NCBI GenBank assembly: GCA_964649665.1
Contig: CAZYPU010000003.1
Location: 1-44,299 of the forward strand
Direction of reading: 5' to 3'
Length of the DNA stretch: 44,299 nucleotides
Source of the DNA: an uncultured Planctomycetia bacterium
Lineage (GTDB): Bacteria > Omnitrophota > Gorgyraeia > JABMRN01 > RBG-13-46-9
The notes beneath the pieces were generated by a model. The model was not told the origin of the DNA and did no database searches. It saw only the letters and a list, made by a program, of their open reading frames with translations. Within the stretch, counting starts at the first letter, position 1; each line of letters opens with the position of its first letter. This document shows, piece by piece, positions 35,098 through 44,299 of this stretch. The position numbers and the translations under genes are program-made.

Positions 35098-35877
35098 TTG
35101 CGCATTTACAGGATAAGAAAGTTTCCCACCGTACTATTTCTTCTTGTTCTCGCCGTAATCATAATAGCGTTTAATTCAAAAATCCTTCCGTACCTCAGGG
35201 GACCCGCGTTTGGAATCATGACGAAACCCTTCAGCGCCTTAAAAGGCGTGAAAGCGTATTTTGCGCGGCCCGGATATTCCGAGGAAAACCTGCGCCTCAA
35301 ACAGCACATCGGCGCGCTTTCGGTTACGCTGGCGCGAATGAAGGAGATAAGCCGCGAAAATGAAAGGCTGCGCGATATCCTGGATTTCAAAAAAAACCTG
35401 CCTTACACCGTTATAACCGCGCGTGTCATAGCAAGAAATCCGACCGACTGGAGAAAGGCGATAATAATAAACAAAGGCAAACGCCACGGTGTAATCAAAG
35501 GCATGCCGTGCGCGACGGCCAAAGGTCTGATCGGCAGCGTGGAGGAGGCCTCCGGCGACTCAAGCAAGATCATGCTCATAACGGATCCCAATTCCAAAAT
35601 AGGGGTGTTGCTTGAGAATTCGAGAGAAAGCGGTCTTTTAACCGGTTCACCGCGGGGCGAATGTAAGATTATATATCTCCCCCTGGAAAGCAAGATCCAA
35701 AAAGGCGAGAAGGTTGTTACCGCCGGATTCGGCCAGGCGGCGCCGAAGGGCCTGGCGATAGGAAAAATTGCCGCAATCGGCGTTGAAAATTCCAACCTGT
35801 ACAAATACGCGATCGTGGAGCCGATGGAGGACATGAGCAAGGTTGAGGAGGTTTTGTGTATTGATGCGGGCGAATAG
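35098..35877 (+). CDS. mreC: MreC (start uncertain)
   Basis: TM, coiled coil (ENERLRDIL), INKG..HGV..GM, GLIG and GLAIGKI; operon position. Confidence 0.92.
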   Translation: MRIYRIRKFPTVLFLLVLAVIIIAFNSKILPYLRGPAFGIMTKPFSALKGVKAYFARPGYSEENLRLKQHIGALSVTLARMKEISRENERLRDILDFKKNLPYTVITARVIARNPTDWRKAIIINKGKRHGVIKGMPCATAKGLIGSVEEASGDSSKIMLITDPNSKIGVLLENSRESGLLTGSPRGECKIIYLPLESKIQKGEKVVTAGFGQAAPKGLAIGKIAAIGVENSNLYKYAIVEPMEDMSKVEEVLCIDAGE

Positions 35878-36364
35878 CAGGCTAAAAATATACACAGTTA
35901 TCCTTATTTTGTTTTTCCTTGAAGCCGCGCTCATCGGCAGGCTTCGAATCCACGGCGCAAGCCCGGGACTCTTACTGATAGCGGTTATTTTTTTCGGATT
36001 CCATTTCGGGAGAGCCCGCGGCGCCGAGGCGGGCCTTATAGCGGGTATTCTTAAAGACATATTCAGCCTGACCAATTTTGGCGTCAATGCTTTTTCTTTC
36101 TTATTGGTCGGAGCTTTGGCCGGATACCTTAGAAAGAAACTGGCCAGGGAAAATTTCGTTACGGAATTTTTTATTTCAGCAGCGGCCGTTTATCTTACCT
36201 CAAGCGTTTCCTTCCTTGACCTGTCGCGCCTTGCGGGAGAAACCGCGCTCGAGGGCTTCTGGGCGATAATTTTTTACAAAAGCCTGTATACGGCTTTCGC
36301 GGCGGCGCCGATATTTTTTGTGCTCGGAAAAATATTCGGGCCAAAGGAAACGCCGCGCATATGA
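35864..36364 (+). CDS. mreD: MreD
   Basis: Hydrophobic multi-TM protein with GLIAGILKDIFS...FG motif, between mreC and mrdA. Confidence 0.85.
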   Translation: MRANSRLKIYTVILILFFLEAALIGRLRIHGASPGLLLIAVIFFGFHFGRARGAEAGLIAGILKDIFSLTNFGVNAFSFLLVGALAGYLRKKLARENFVTEFFISAAAVYLTSSVSFLDLSRLAGETALEGFWAIIFYKSLYTAFAAAPIFFVLGKIFGPKETPRI

Positions 36365-38082
36365 GGGTAAGAATATTCAAAGCCGCTATTTTATTTACCT
36401 TCCTTTTGATTATCGCCGGACTTTTCTACACCCAGATATTAAACGGCCGTTTATACAGGACGCTCTCCGAAAATAACAGAATCCGTGTGCTCCCGCTTGA
36501 GGCGCCGAGGGGGAACATGTACGACAGGAAAGGAAGGCTTGTTGTGGGCAACAGGCTTTCCTTCGATGTCCGGGTTATTTTCCGCGAGATGAAGGACACG
36601 AAATACGCCGCCGGGCTCATTAGCAACATTACCGGTATCGAAGAGGAAACCCTTTTTCGCAGGATAAAGGCGGCGGCTAAGACGCCGTTCGCGCCGATAA
36701 AAATTGCCGAGGACGTTGAAAAAGATAAGGCGATCCGGATTGAAGAAGCCGGCAGGGATTTACCGGGCGTTATCGTGACCACAAGGCCGCTGCGGAATTA
36801 CATTTACAGGGATGCGTTTTCCCATGTAACGGGCTATCTGGGCAAGATTAGCGGAGATAAATTAAAAAAGTACAGGACATACGGTTATCATATGCAGGAT
36901 TTTGTAGGCAAGGATGGGCTGGAGCGTACGTTTAACGATTACCTGAGGGGCACCGGCGGCGGCCTTCAGGTCGAGGTTGATTCCAGGGGCAGGCAGCTGA
37001 GGCGGCTTGCCGTGAAAGAAGCAGAGAGGGGAAAAGACATTTACCTGAACATCGACCTGGAGCTTCAGCAGTTTTGCGACTCGCTCTTGGCCGGCAAAAA
37101 AGGCGCTATCGTCGCCATGAACCCCACAAGCGGCGCGGTTTTGGCGCTTTTAAGCCGCCCCGCTTTTGACCCCGGTGTATTTATTATGCCCGGAAATTCC
37201 GAGAAAGTGAAAGCCATTTTGAACAATTCGTCCGCATTCCCGCTCCTGAACCGAGCTATAAGCGCCACCTACCCGCCGGCATCTGTTTTTAAAATAGTTG
37301 TCGCCTCCGCCGCGCTGGATTCCGGAAAATTCAGTGAAAAGAATACGTTTTCGTGCGACGGGAGCTTTCGCGTGGGAGGCAGGGCCTTTAAGTGCTGGAA
37401 AGAAGAGGGCCACGGCCCGCAAGACATTACAGAGGCGATTAAAAATTCGTGCAACGTGTTCTTTTACCAGCTCGCGCTTCTTGCGGGTGTAAACGATATA
37501 TCAAAGTACGCGTTTAAATTCGGGTTTGGGAGGGCGACAGGGATAGACCTGCCGGGGGAGGCAAGCGGCCTTGTTCCGACGGTGGCATGGAAAAAACGAA
37601 AATTAAAAATGCCCTGGTTCAAAGGTGAAACGGCAAATTACGCGATAGGACAGGGCTACCTTCTTGTGACGCCTATTCAGATTGCGCGGATGACAAGCGC
37701 CGTTGCCAACGGCGGAAAGCTCGTTCGGCCCGCCGTTTGCGAGCGGATAGAAGACATAAATTTCCGGCGCCGCGAGGCGCAGGATGTAGGGCTTGAAATA
37801 GAAACTTTGCAGACGCTGAAAAAAGGATTAAGGGATGTCGTCAACGAGCCCCGCGGTACCGGCTTGTACGCGCGGTCAAAGAAAATTATCATATCGGGAA
37901 AGACCGGCACCGCCCAGAATCCGCGCGGCCAATCGCACGCCTGGTTTACGGGGTTTGCCCCGTTTGAAAATCCCAAAATTTGCGTTGTTGTATTTATTGA
38001 ACATGGCGGAAAGGGTGGGCTTCAGCCGGCGCGCTTTGCCAGGAAGATTATCGAAAAAGCGAAGGAACTGGAGCTTTTGTAA
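36361..38082 (+). CDS. mrdA: Elongasome transpeptidase PBP2
   Basis: APRG..YDR, YPPASVFK, SCN, IGQG, KTGT and HAWF motifs. Confidence 0.95.
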   Translation: MRVRIFKAAILFTFLLIIAGLFYTQILNGRLYRTLSENNRIRVLPLEAPRGNMYDRKGRLVVGNRLSFDVRVIFREMKDTKYAAGLISNITGIEEETLFRRIKAAAKTPFAPIKIAEDVEKDKAIRIEEAGRDLPGVIVTTRPLRNYIYRDAFSHVTGYLGKISGDKLKKYRTYGYHMQDFVGKDGLERTFNDYLRGTGGGLQVEVDSRGRQLRRLAVKEAERGKDIYLNIDLELQQFCDSLLAGKKGAIVAMNPTSGAVLALLSRPAFDPGVFIMPGNSEKVKAILNNSSAFPLLNRAISATYPPASVFKIVVASAALDSGKFSEKNTFSCDGSFRVGGRAFKCWKEEGHGPQDITEAIKNSCNVFFYQLALLAGVNDISKYAFKFGFGRATGIDLPGEASGLVPTVAWKKRKLKMPWFKGETANYAIGQGYLLVTPIQIARMTSAVANGGKLVRPAVCERIEDINFRRREAQDVGLEIETLQTLKKGLRDVVNEPRGTGLYARSKKIIISGKTGTAQNPRGQSHAWFTGFAPFENPKICVVVFIEHGGKGGLQPARFARKIIEKAKELELL

Positions 38083-38089
38083 TGCATTC

Positions 38090-38240
38090 GTCATTGCGAG
38101 CCCCGACGAAGTTGGGGCGAAGCAACTTCAAGCGAAGAGATTACGGAGCCTGTTCCGAGCCTGTCGTCGAGATTGCTTCGGTGCCTTCGGCACTTCGCAA
38201 TGACAGGCGAAGGAATCCCTTCGGCCCTCCTCGCAATGAC
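38090..38240. repeat. Composite REP/RPE-like element, copy 3 (two 3' ends, nested insert)
   Basis: GTCATTGCGAG at 38090; TTCGCAATGAC ending 38204 and CTCGCAATGAC ending 38240. Confidence 0.8.
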
Positions 38241-38280
38241 GGAGAAGTAAAATGCTCAATTGTCTTGGCACTACGAATAT

Positions 38281-39351
38281 ATGAACAAACTTGACAAGGT
38301 TCTGTTGCTTGCTGTCGCGGCGATCCTGCTCATAGGCCTTGCGGTGCTTTACAGCGCCTCAAAGGAATATGGCCAGCAAAATATCGTTTTGCGCCAGGCC
38401 TTCTGGATTTTGTTCGGTGTCGCGCTTATGTTTGCGGCGACACGCATTGATTACCAGAGGTTCATAAGTATCTCGTACCTCGCGTACGGAGTAAATATAT
38501 TACTTCTTGTTCTGGTATTGTTTTTCGGGAAGGCCGCCGGCGGCGCCCACAGGTGGATAAGTTTCGGCGCGTTCAACATTCAGCCTTCCGAGCTTGCCAA
38601 GATAACTCTTATCCTGGCGCTTTCGGCGTATATGAGCCGCAGGGAAGCACGCGCCGCGAAAATAGGCTTTCCGCTCGGAGCTTTATTGATTGCCCTGCCG
38701 GCGTTCGTCCTTATTCTTATCGAACCGGACCTCGGAACAGCGCTGCTTCTTTTGCCGATAACCCTTGCAATGCTCTTTGTGGCCGGCGCCAGGCTCAAAC
38801 ATCTCGCTGGTTTGATTTTTCTCGGTATCGCGTCACTCCCCATTGTCTGGCACTTCTTAAAGGGTTATCAGAAACAGAGGCTTTTTGTTTTTGTGAACCC
38901 GAATGCGGATCCCCTCGGGTCGGGGTATACCATAATCCAGTCAAAAATCGCCGTTGGCTCCGGAGGGCTTTTCGGAAAAGGATGGCTTGGCGGCACGCAG
39001 AACCAGCTGAATTTTCTGCCGGAGCGCCATACGGATTTTATATTTTCAGTCGTAGGGGAAGAATGGGGTTTTTTTGGCGCGCTGATTCTGATGCTTCTCT
39101 ACGCCCTCGTTATATACAGAGGCGCAAAAATTATCGGAACAACCCCGGATACGTACGGTAGTCTGATGGCCGCGGGTTTTGTGGCACTTTTTTTTCTCCA
39201 GGTTGTCATAAACGTCGGCATGACAATGGGTTTTTTGCCTGTCGTAGGCCTTACCCTGCCGCTTATAAGCTATGGCGGGTCGAGTCTCGCGGCGACGCTG
39301 GTATGTATCGGTCTCTTGCTTAACATAGGTATGCGGCGGCCGCTCTTCTGA
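38281..39351 (+). CDS. rodA: SEDS glycosyltransferase RodA
   Basis: GAHRW, IQPSELAK, EPDLG, QSKIAVGSGG, FLPERHTDF and SYGGSS motifs; start MNKLDK. Confidence 0.95.
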   Translation: MNKLDKVLLLAVAAILLIGLAVLYSASKEYGQQNIVLRQAFWILFGVALMFAATRIDYQRFISISYLAYGVNILLLVLVLFFGKAAGGAHRWISFGAFNIQPSELAKITLILALSAYMSRREARAAKIGFPLGALLIALPAFVLILIEPDLGTALLLLPITLAMLFVAGARLKHLAGLIFLGIASLPIVWHFLKGYQKQRLFVFVNPNADPLGSGYTIIQSKIAVGSGGLFGKGWLGGTQNQLNFLPERHTDFIFSVVGEEWGFFGALILMLLYALVIYRGAKIIGTTPDTYGSLMAAGFVALFFLQVVINVGMTMGFLPVVGLTLPLISYGGSSLAATLVCIGLLLNIGMRRPLF

Positions 39352-39427
39352 GGCATGGGCCGGGGGCTGCGAGTTGCGGGCAAGGGGAAGTCCATAGCCT
39401 TAAGCGCACGGCCCGCGGCTCGGGACA

Positions 39428-39456
39428 TTGACAAAACAGCATATATCAAGTATACT
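39428..39456 (+). promoter_or_regulatory. Promoter of the GGDEF-pilT-MshEN-pilB cluster
   Basis: TTGACA-17 nt-TATACT. Confidence 0.7.
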
Positions 39457-39486
39457 TGCAGGATAAACGGTAAAAAGGAGTAAAAA

Positions 39487-40932
39487 ATGAAGAGATTTTC
39501 AATCTTAAAAAAGCTTTCGCTGCTGCCGCAGGGAATACGGTACAAGCTGCTGATTGCCTTCAGCCTGATGTCCGTCATACCGCTTCTTGTCATAGGGTAC
39601 CTTGTAAATAATTTCTTGTTGCTGGAAACAAATGTCACGCTCGGCCAGGTGAGTGTCGTAGTGCTTTTCTGTGTTATCGTGGCGTGGCTCGGGCTATTTC
39701 TCGCGAAAGACATAATGGAGCGTGTCATAGATATAGCCCTGGAAGCCAAGATCATTACGAACGGAAATTTCGACAGAAAAATTTCCGTGCGCACTGACGA
39801 TGAAATCGGCCAGATCGGCGAGGCGATAAACTTTCTTACCAAAAAGATAAAAACGAACATGGCCGACCTTAAGGATTACCAGGGCAAGATGAGGGAGGTA
39901 AACATGGACATACAAAGGAGGGTTTCGGTTTTGTCCAACCTCATTCAGATAGGCGAGCTTATTTCCTCCTCTGTTAAGCTGGACAGCATACTGGAGCTTG
40001 TGGCAGGCAAGTTAGCTCAAATTTATGAAAACGGGTTCGCGGCTTTATATTACTCTTCGTCCGCCGAGAGCAAGCAGTATATCCTGAAGGCCTCGTGCAA
40101 TTTAGAGGGCAAGGACCTCTTGGCCGAGCCGGTGGAGGAAGGCAGGGGGCTTCTGGGAAAAGCGCTTATCCGGCGAAAGCATATTACGGTAGACGCCTCG
40201 ACAAGATTTTCCTCGGTGGAACAGCAATTCAAAGCAAAATATAAATGCGAAAACATGGTTGCCTATCCCATAGTTGTTTCCAGAGATGTTCGGGTGCTCA
40301 TAGTTGCCGGCAACGACATGAAGAATTTTACGTATACAAGCGATGATATAGGGATAATCAAGGTTTTTGCGGAACAAATCTCGATAGCCATAGAGAACGA
40401 TATTCTTTTAAAGAAAGCCGAGAAACTGGAGATAAAAGATGACCTAACCGGCCTTTTCAACAAAACCTATATCCTAAATCGCCTGAAAGAAGAAATAGAG
40501 CGATCCGTTGTTTCGCAGAGGCCGTGCGCATTCATTCTTATGGGCATTGATGATTTCAAGGAATATGAAGACAAAAATGGAACGCCACAGGCCGAGATAA
40601 CCCTCAGAAAAATTGCCGCTTTTATGACCCAGATTTCAAAGCCGCTGGGAAAGCCCGGCGTAATCGACAGGGATACATTCGCCCTTATACTGCCGGAGGT
40701 AAACAAGAAGGAAGCGATGGAAATTGCGGAAAACGCGAGGAAAAAAATAGAAAAACTTGAGCTTTCTTCCGAGAAGGCCGACAGGGTAACCGCTTCGGGC
40801 GGAGTGAGCGAGAACCCCCTTGACGGCGCGAATCTGGATGAGATTCTTGAGAAGGCGAAGGACGCGCTCGCCAGGGCCAGGCAAAAAGGAAAAAATAGAG
40901 TCGTAGGCGAGGGGCATAGCTCGAAGGACTAA
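39487..40932 (+). CDS. Membrane protein: 2 TM, HAMP, GAF and a degenerate GGDEF domain
   Basis: DDEIGQI HAMP; GAF ending QISIAIEN; DDLTGLFN and DDFK, but the GG(D/E)EF position reads IDRDT. Confidence 0.85.
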   Translation: MKRFSILKKLSLLPQGIRYKLLIAFSLMSVIPLLVIGYLVNNFLLLETNVTLGQVSVVVLFCVIVAWLGLFLAKDIMERVIDIALEAKIITNGNFDRKISVRTDDEIGQIGEAINFLTKKIKTNMADLKDYQGKMREVNMDIQRRVSVLSNLIQIGELISSSVKLDSILELVAGKLAQIYENGFAALYYSSSAESKQYILKASCNLEGKDLLAEPVEEGRGLLGKALIRRKHITVDASTRFSSVEQQFKAKYKCENMVAYPIVVSRDVRVLIVAGNDMKNFTYTSDDIGIIKVFAEQISIAIENDILLKKAEKLEIKDDLTGLFNKTYILNRLKEEIERSVVSQRPCAFILMGIDDFKEYEDKNGTPQAEITLRKIAAFMTQISKPLGKPGVIDRDTFALILPEVNKKEAMEIAENARKKIEKLELSSEKADRVTASGGVSENPLDGANLDEILEKAKDALARARQKGKNRVVGEGHSSKD

Positions 40933-40964
40933 CCTACGAGAGACGACAAGAAGGGGAGCAGCGG

Positions 40965-42032
40965 ATGAAGGTAGACATAAGAAGTTTGCTTAAGGTCATG
41001 ATGCAGAAAAACGCCTCGGACCTGCATGTTACGGCAAATTCGCCGGTGCATTTCAGGATAGACGAAAGGCTTTACCCGGTGGATAAAAGGATCCTGGGCC
41101 GCGAGGACACTATGGAGAGCGTGTATGCGCTCCTCAAGCCCGAGCAGATAAAACAGTTCGAGAGGAACTGGGAACTGGATTTTTCTTTCGAAATCCAGGA
41201 TCTGGCGCGTTTCAGAGTAAATGTTTTTTACCAGAGGGAAGCGGTGGGTTGCGCCATAAGACTTATCCCGTTTGAAATAATGACGTTCGAGCAGTGCGGC
41301 ATTCCGATGGGGGTAGTAATCGACCTTTGCGCCAAGCCGAAAGGGCTCGTACTTGTTACGGGGGCCACGGGGAGCGGAAAATCCACCACTCTTGCCTCGA
41401 TGATAGATTTCATAAACCAGCGCAGGGAGTGCCACATTGTAACAATTGAAGATCCGATCGAGTTCGTACATAAAAACAAAAAATCTATCGTGGACCAGAG
41501 AGAGGTTTACAGGGATACCCATTCCTTTGATACTTCTTTGAAACACGTATTAAGGCAGGATCCGGATGTCATACTGATAGGCGAGATGAGGGACCTCGAG
41601 ACAATAAAAAGCGCTTTGATAATCGCCGAAACCGGGCACCTGGTTTTTGCTACACTGCACACTTCGGACGCCGCCCAAACAATAAACAGGGTAATCGACG
41701 TATTTCCCGCCCACCAGCAGCAGCAGATAAGAACGCAGCTTTCGTTTGTTCTTCTCGCTGTTCTTTCGCAGCAGCTGATTCCGAAAGCCGCCGGCCTGGG
41801 CAGAGTTCTCGGCACAGAGGTTCTCATCGCCACGTCGGCGGTCAGGAGCCTTATACGCGAGGGAAAAATTCACCAGATATATTCCGTCATACAGACCTCG
41901 CAGAGAAGCGGTATGAAGACGATGAATCAGTCGCTCGCGGAACTGTGCAACAGGGGCATCGTATCCCATGAGTTGTGCCTGTACAAGACCACGAATCCGG
42001 ATGAATTTGAAAAACTGATCAAAGAGAGGTAG
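40965..42032 (+). CDS. pilT: Type IV pilus retraction ATPase
   Basis: SDLH, GATGSGKSTT, TIEDPIE, LRQDPD..LIGEMRD, TLHT and AVRSLIRE motifs. Confidence 0.93.
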   Translation: MKVDIRSLLKVMMQKNASDLHVTANSPVHFRIDERLYPVDKRILGREDTMESVYALLKPEQIKQFERNWELDFSFEIQDLARFRVNVFYQREAVGCAIRLIPFEIMTFEQCGIPMGVVIDLCAKPKGLVLVTGATGSGKSTTLASMIDFINQRRECHIVTIEDPIEFVHKNKKSIVDQREVYRDTHSFDTSLKHVLRQDPDVILIGEMRDLETIKSALIIAETGHLVFATLHTSDAAQTINRVIDVFPAHQQQQIRTQLSFVLLAVLSQQLIPKAAGLGRVLGTEVLIATSAVRSLIREGKIHQIYSVIQTSQRSGMKTMNQSLAELCNRGIVSHELCLYKTTNPDEFEKLIKER

Positions 42033-42039
42033 CAGGTTT

Positions 42040-42495
42040 ATGCTTCCGTTCAAACGCCTTGTAAAAAAGCAGCTGGGGGAACTTCTGATAGAGAGGGGGC
42101 TTATCACTAAGACCCAGCTCGATAAAGCGTTGGAGGTGCAGCGGCAGAAAGGCGGCCTCATAGGGCAGATTCTCGTCGTATTGGGATTTACCAGGGAAGA
42201 GGAGATAGCGCAGGCCCTGACCGTGCAGTATGGATTCCCTTACCTGCCCCTTGCGAACTATGAACTCTCGAAAAACATTGTGCAGCTCATACCTGAAAAC
42301 GTAGCCCGCCAGTATTGCCTGATGGCCGTAGATAAAATAGGGGACACGCTCACGGTCGCCACGGCGAATCCCCTAAACGTAAAAGCGATCGAAGACATAG
42401 AACTCTTAACCAAGTGCAACGTGCAGGTATTCGTCAGCACCATGACGGATATCTCAAACGCAATTGCAAAATTCTACGCCAAAGAAAAAAAATAA
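42040..42495 (+). CDS. Stand-alone MshEN (T2SSE_N) domain protein
   Basis: Tandem 24+5+24 MshEN motif QLGELL...EVQ-RQKGG-LIGQIL...TVQ followed by the N1b/N2-type region; no ATPase domain. Confidence 0.85.
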   Translation: MLPFKRLVKKQLGELLIERGLITKTQLDKALEVQRQKGGLIGQILVVLGFTREEEIAQALTVQYGFPYLPLANYELSKNIVQLIPENVARQYCLMAVDKIGDTLTVATANPLNVKAIEDIELLTKCNVQVFVSTMTDISNAIAKFYAKEKK

Positions 42496-44229
42496 ATGCG
42501 CGATGACATCCTATCCATAAAAGACAGGGTAATGGATACCCTTTGCAAAAAAAAGCTCCTTGTCGAAAATGATATTAAAAAAGCCCTCACTATACAGAAA
42601 GAAAAGGGCGGCAAGCTGAGCGACATACTGGTCGGCATGGGCCTTGTTTCAAGAAACGACCTTATTTCCGCCTTAAGCGAAGAACTCGGCATCCCGCCTA
42701 TTGACCTCTCGCGTTATAAAATTTCCCCCGAGGTGATAAAGTTTCTCCCAAAGAAAGTGGCAAAAAACTACCATGTTTTACCGGTTTCGAAAATAGGTGA
42801 ATTTTTGACGATAGCTATCGCCGACCCGCTTAACGTATTCGCCACCGATGACATAGCCGCCATTACCGGCTGCAAGATAAGCGTTGTCATAGCGGGCGAA
42901 AAAGACATAGACGAGGGCATAGCCGAATATTACGAGGCCGGCACGCATGAGGCGATCGAAAAGATTATAGACGGCATGGAATCCGAAGGTGACATAGAGG
43001 TGGTGGAGGAAACCGAGGATGCCGCTTCGGCCTTGCAGCTTGTAAAACTCATTCAAGATGCTCCGGTTGTCAAAATTACAAATATGCTGCTTGCCGCAGG
43101 CGTTAAAGCGCGGGCAAGCGATATTTTGATAGAGCCGCTTGAGAATACTCTGAGGGTAAGGTATAGGATAGACGGTATTTTGCAGGAAGCGCAGCATTCG
43201 CCGAAGAAAATCCACTCCGCGATTGTTTCCCGGTTAAAGGTTATATCGAATTTGAACATAGCCGAAAGGCGGCTTCCGCAGGACGGCCGCTTCAAAGCCA
43301 GAATAGACAACAAGGAGGTCGACTTCAGAATTTCCGTCATACCCTCCTCAAACGGTGAAAAGGTGGCGCTCAGGATATTGGACAAAGCTCAGGCGATGCT
43401 CGACCTGACTAAGCTCGGTTTCGAAGGAGAAAACCTGGAAAAACTAAAAAAAGCCGCCGCGAAGCCGCACGGAATGATCCTTTTGTGCGGGCCGACGGGA
43501 TGCGGTAAAACAACCACCCTTTATTCTATATTGAAATTAGTGGATTCTCCGGAAAAGAACATAATTACAGCCGAGGATCCGGTGGAATACCAGCTGGAAG
43601 GCATAAATCAGCTTACGGTGAGGCCGAGCCTGAACCTTACTTTTGCCAGCAGTCTGCGTTCATTTCTACGGCAGGACCCGGATATTATAATGGTCGGCGA
43701 GATAAGGGATTTTGAAACCGTGGATATAGCGATTAAGGCGGCCCTGACCGGGCATCTTGTTTTGAGCACACTGCATACGACGACCGCCAGCGGTTCCGTG
43801 GTGCGTCTGGTCAACATGGGGGTGGAGCCGTTTCTTATAACCTCGAGCATGATCCTGGTGGCTGCGCAGCGCCTTGTCCGCAGGATTTGCGAAAACTGCA
43901 AGGAGCCGCATAGGATTGACGAGGTAACTTCAAAGAAACTCGGACTTAAACCCGGCGCGAAAAACACCGCTTACAGGGGTAAGGGCTGCAAGACGTGCCG
44001 GGATACGGGATATAAAGGAAGAATAGGCCTGATGGAAACACTCCCACTATCACCGGAGGTCCGCCGCTTTATTCTGGAGAAGTCCCAGGAGCACTTAATA
44101 AGGGAACAGGCGCGCAGAGAAGGAATGAGTACACTGCGAGAAAACGGCGTAAAAAAAATTCTGTGCGGCGAAACTACCATAGAAGAAGTGCTGCGCGTTA
44201 CCGTAGGGGATCAGGATATTCCGCTTTAG
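42496..44229 (+). CDS. pilB: PilB/GspE family assembly ATPase
   Basis: ASDILIEP, RLPQDGR, GPTGCGKTT, EDPVEY, LRQDPD, TLHT and tetracysteine (CENC...CKTC) motifs. Confidence 0.92.
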   Translation: MRDDILSIKDRVMDTLCKKKLLVENDIKKALTIQKEKGGKLSDILVGMGLVSRNDLISALSEELGIPPIDLSRYKISPEVIKFLPKKVAKNYHVLPVSKIGEFLTIAIADPLNVFATDDIAAITGCKISVVIAGEKDIDEGIAEYYEAGTHEAIEKIIDGMESEGDIEVVEETEDAASALQLVKLIQDAPVVKITNMLLAAGVKARASDILIEPLENTLRVRYRIDGILQEAQHSPKKIHSAIVSRLKVISNLNIAERRLPQDGRFKARIDNKEVDFRISVIPSSNGEKVALRILDKAQAMLDLTKLGFEGENLEKLKKAAAKPHGMILLCGPTGCGKTTTLYSILKLVDSPEKNIITAEDPVEYQLEGINQLTVRPSLNLTFASSLRSFLRQDPDIIMVGEIRDFETVDIAIKAALTGHLVLSTLHTTTASGSVVRLVNMGVEPFLITSSMILVAAQRLVRRICENCKEPHRIDEVTSKKLGLKPGAKNTAYRGKGCKTCRDTGYKGRIGLMETLPLSPEVRRFILEKSQEHLIREQARREGMSTLRENGVKKILCGETTIEEVLRVTVGDQDIPL

Positions 44230-44238
44230 CAGGCACTA

Positions 44239-44299
44239 ATGAAAAAAAAGACGATATCGGATAAGCTTTTAGACCTCCTCCAGGAGAATAATATTCTGA
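44239..44299 (+). CDS. 5' end of the next CDS (MKKKTISDKLLDLLQENNIL...), possibly another MshEN/PilB-type protein
   Basis: ATG at 44239, open to the window end; resembles the N-terminus of the preceding PilB. Confidence 0.45.
   Translation, partial: MKKKTISDKLLDLLQENNIL

Noticed and set aside
39352-39420. GC-rich hairpin after rodA as a riboswitch for the pilus cluster
   Set aside because: It lies upstream of the cluster's own promoter (39428-39456), so it would not be in that transcript; no c-di-GMP riboswitch consensus seen
5340-44180. Numerous 60-215 aa antisense or alternate-frame ORFs overlapping core genes
   Set aside because: Shadow ORFs of well-supported genes, with no recognisable motifs or independent expression signals

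Overview
Mostly core chromosome of a diderm bacterium. Gene order and content are compatible with a PVC-superphylum lineage such as Ca. Omnitrophota, but this is inference only. Bases 1-3300 are a visibly more AT-rich accessory segment: a secreted beta-rich protein, a nucleotidyltransferase plus small-protein pair, a highly structured leader running into a tRNA(CAU) with a shortened T-loop, and an orphan IS-like end. Next come tRNA-Val(CAC), a zinc-ribbon protein, RNase HI and rnpB. The dcw operon follows: mraZ, a small unannotated ORF, rsmH, ftsL, ftsI, a murE-murF fusion, mraY, murD, ftsW, murG, murC, murB, ddl, ftsQ, ftsA. After it lie yggS-proC-yggT-mtnP-pfkB-ileS-dksA-like-lspA-lgt-rluD, aroA coupled to a GH3-family gene, mreBCD-mrdA-rodA, and a type IV pilus cluster (degenerate GGDEF, pilT, stand-alone MshEN protein, pilB). 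Main result: the dcw operon ends at ftsA with a terminator and has no ftsZ. The FtsA appears to lack most of subdomain 2B (the FtsZ-tail binding region) and key nucleotide-binding residues while keeping its membrane-targeting helix. A ~235-nt rod-like hairpin sits where ftsZ usually lies. This is a candidate FtsZ-uncoupled or FtsZ-less division system; whether ftsZ exists elsewhere in the genome cannot be seen here. Palindromic REP-like elements are abundant, and two sit in frame inside murB and ileS.
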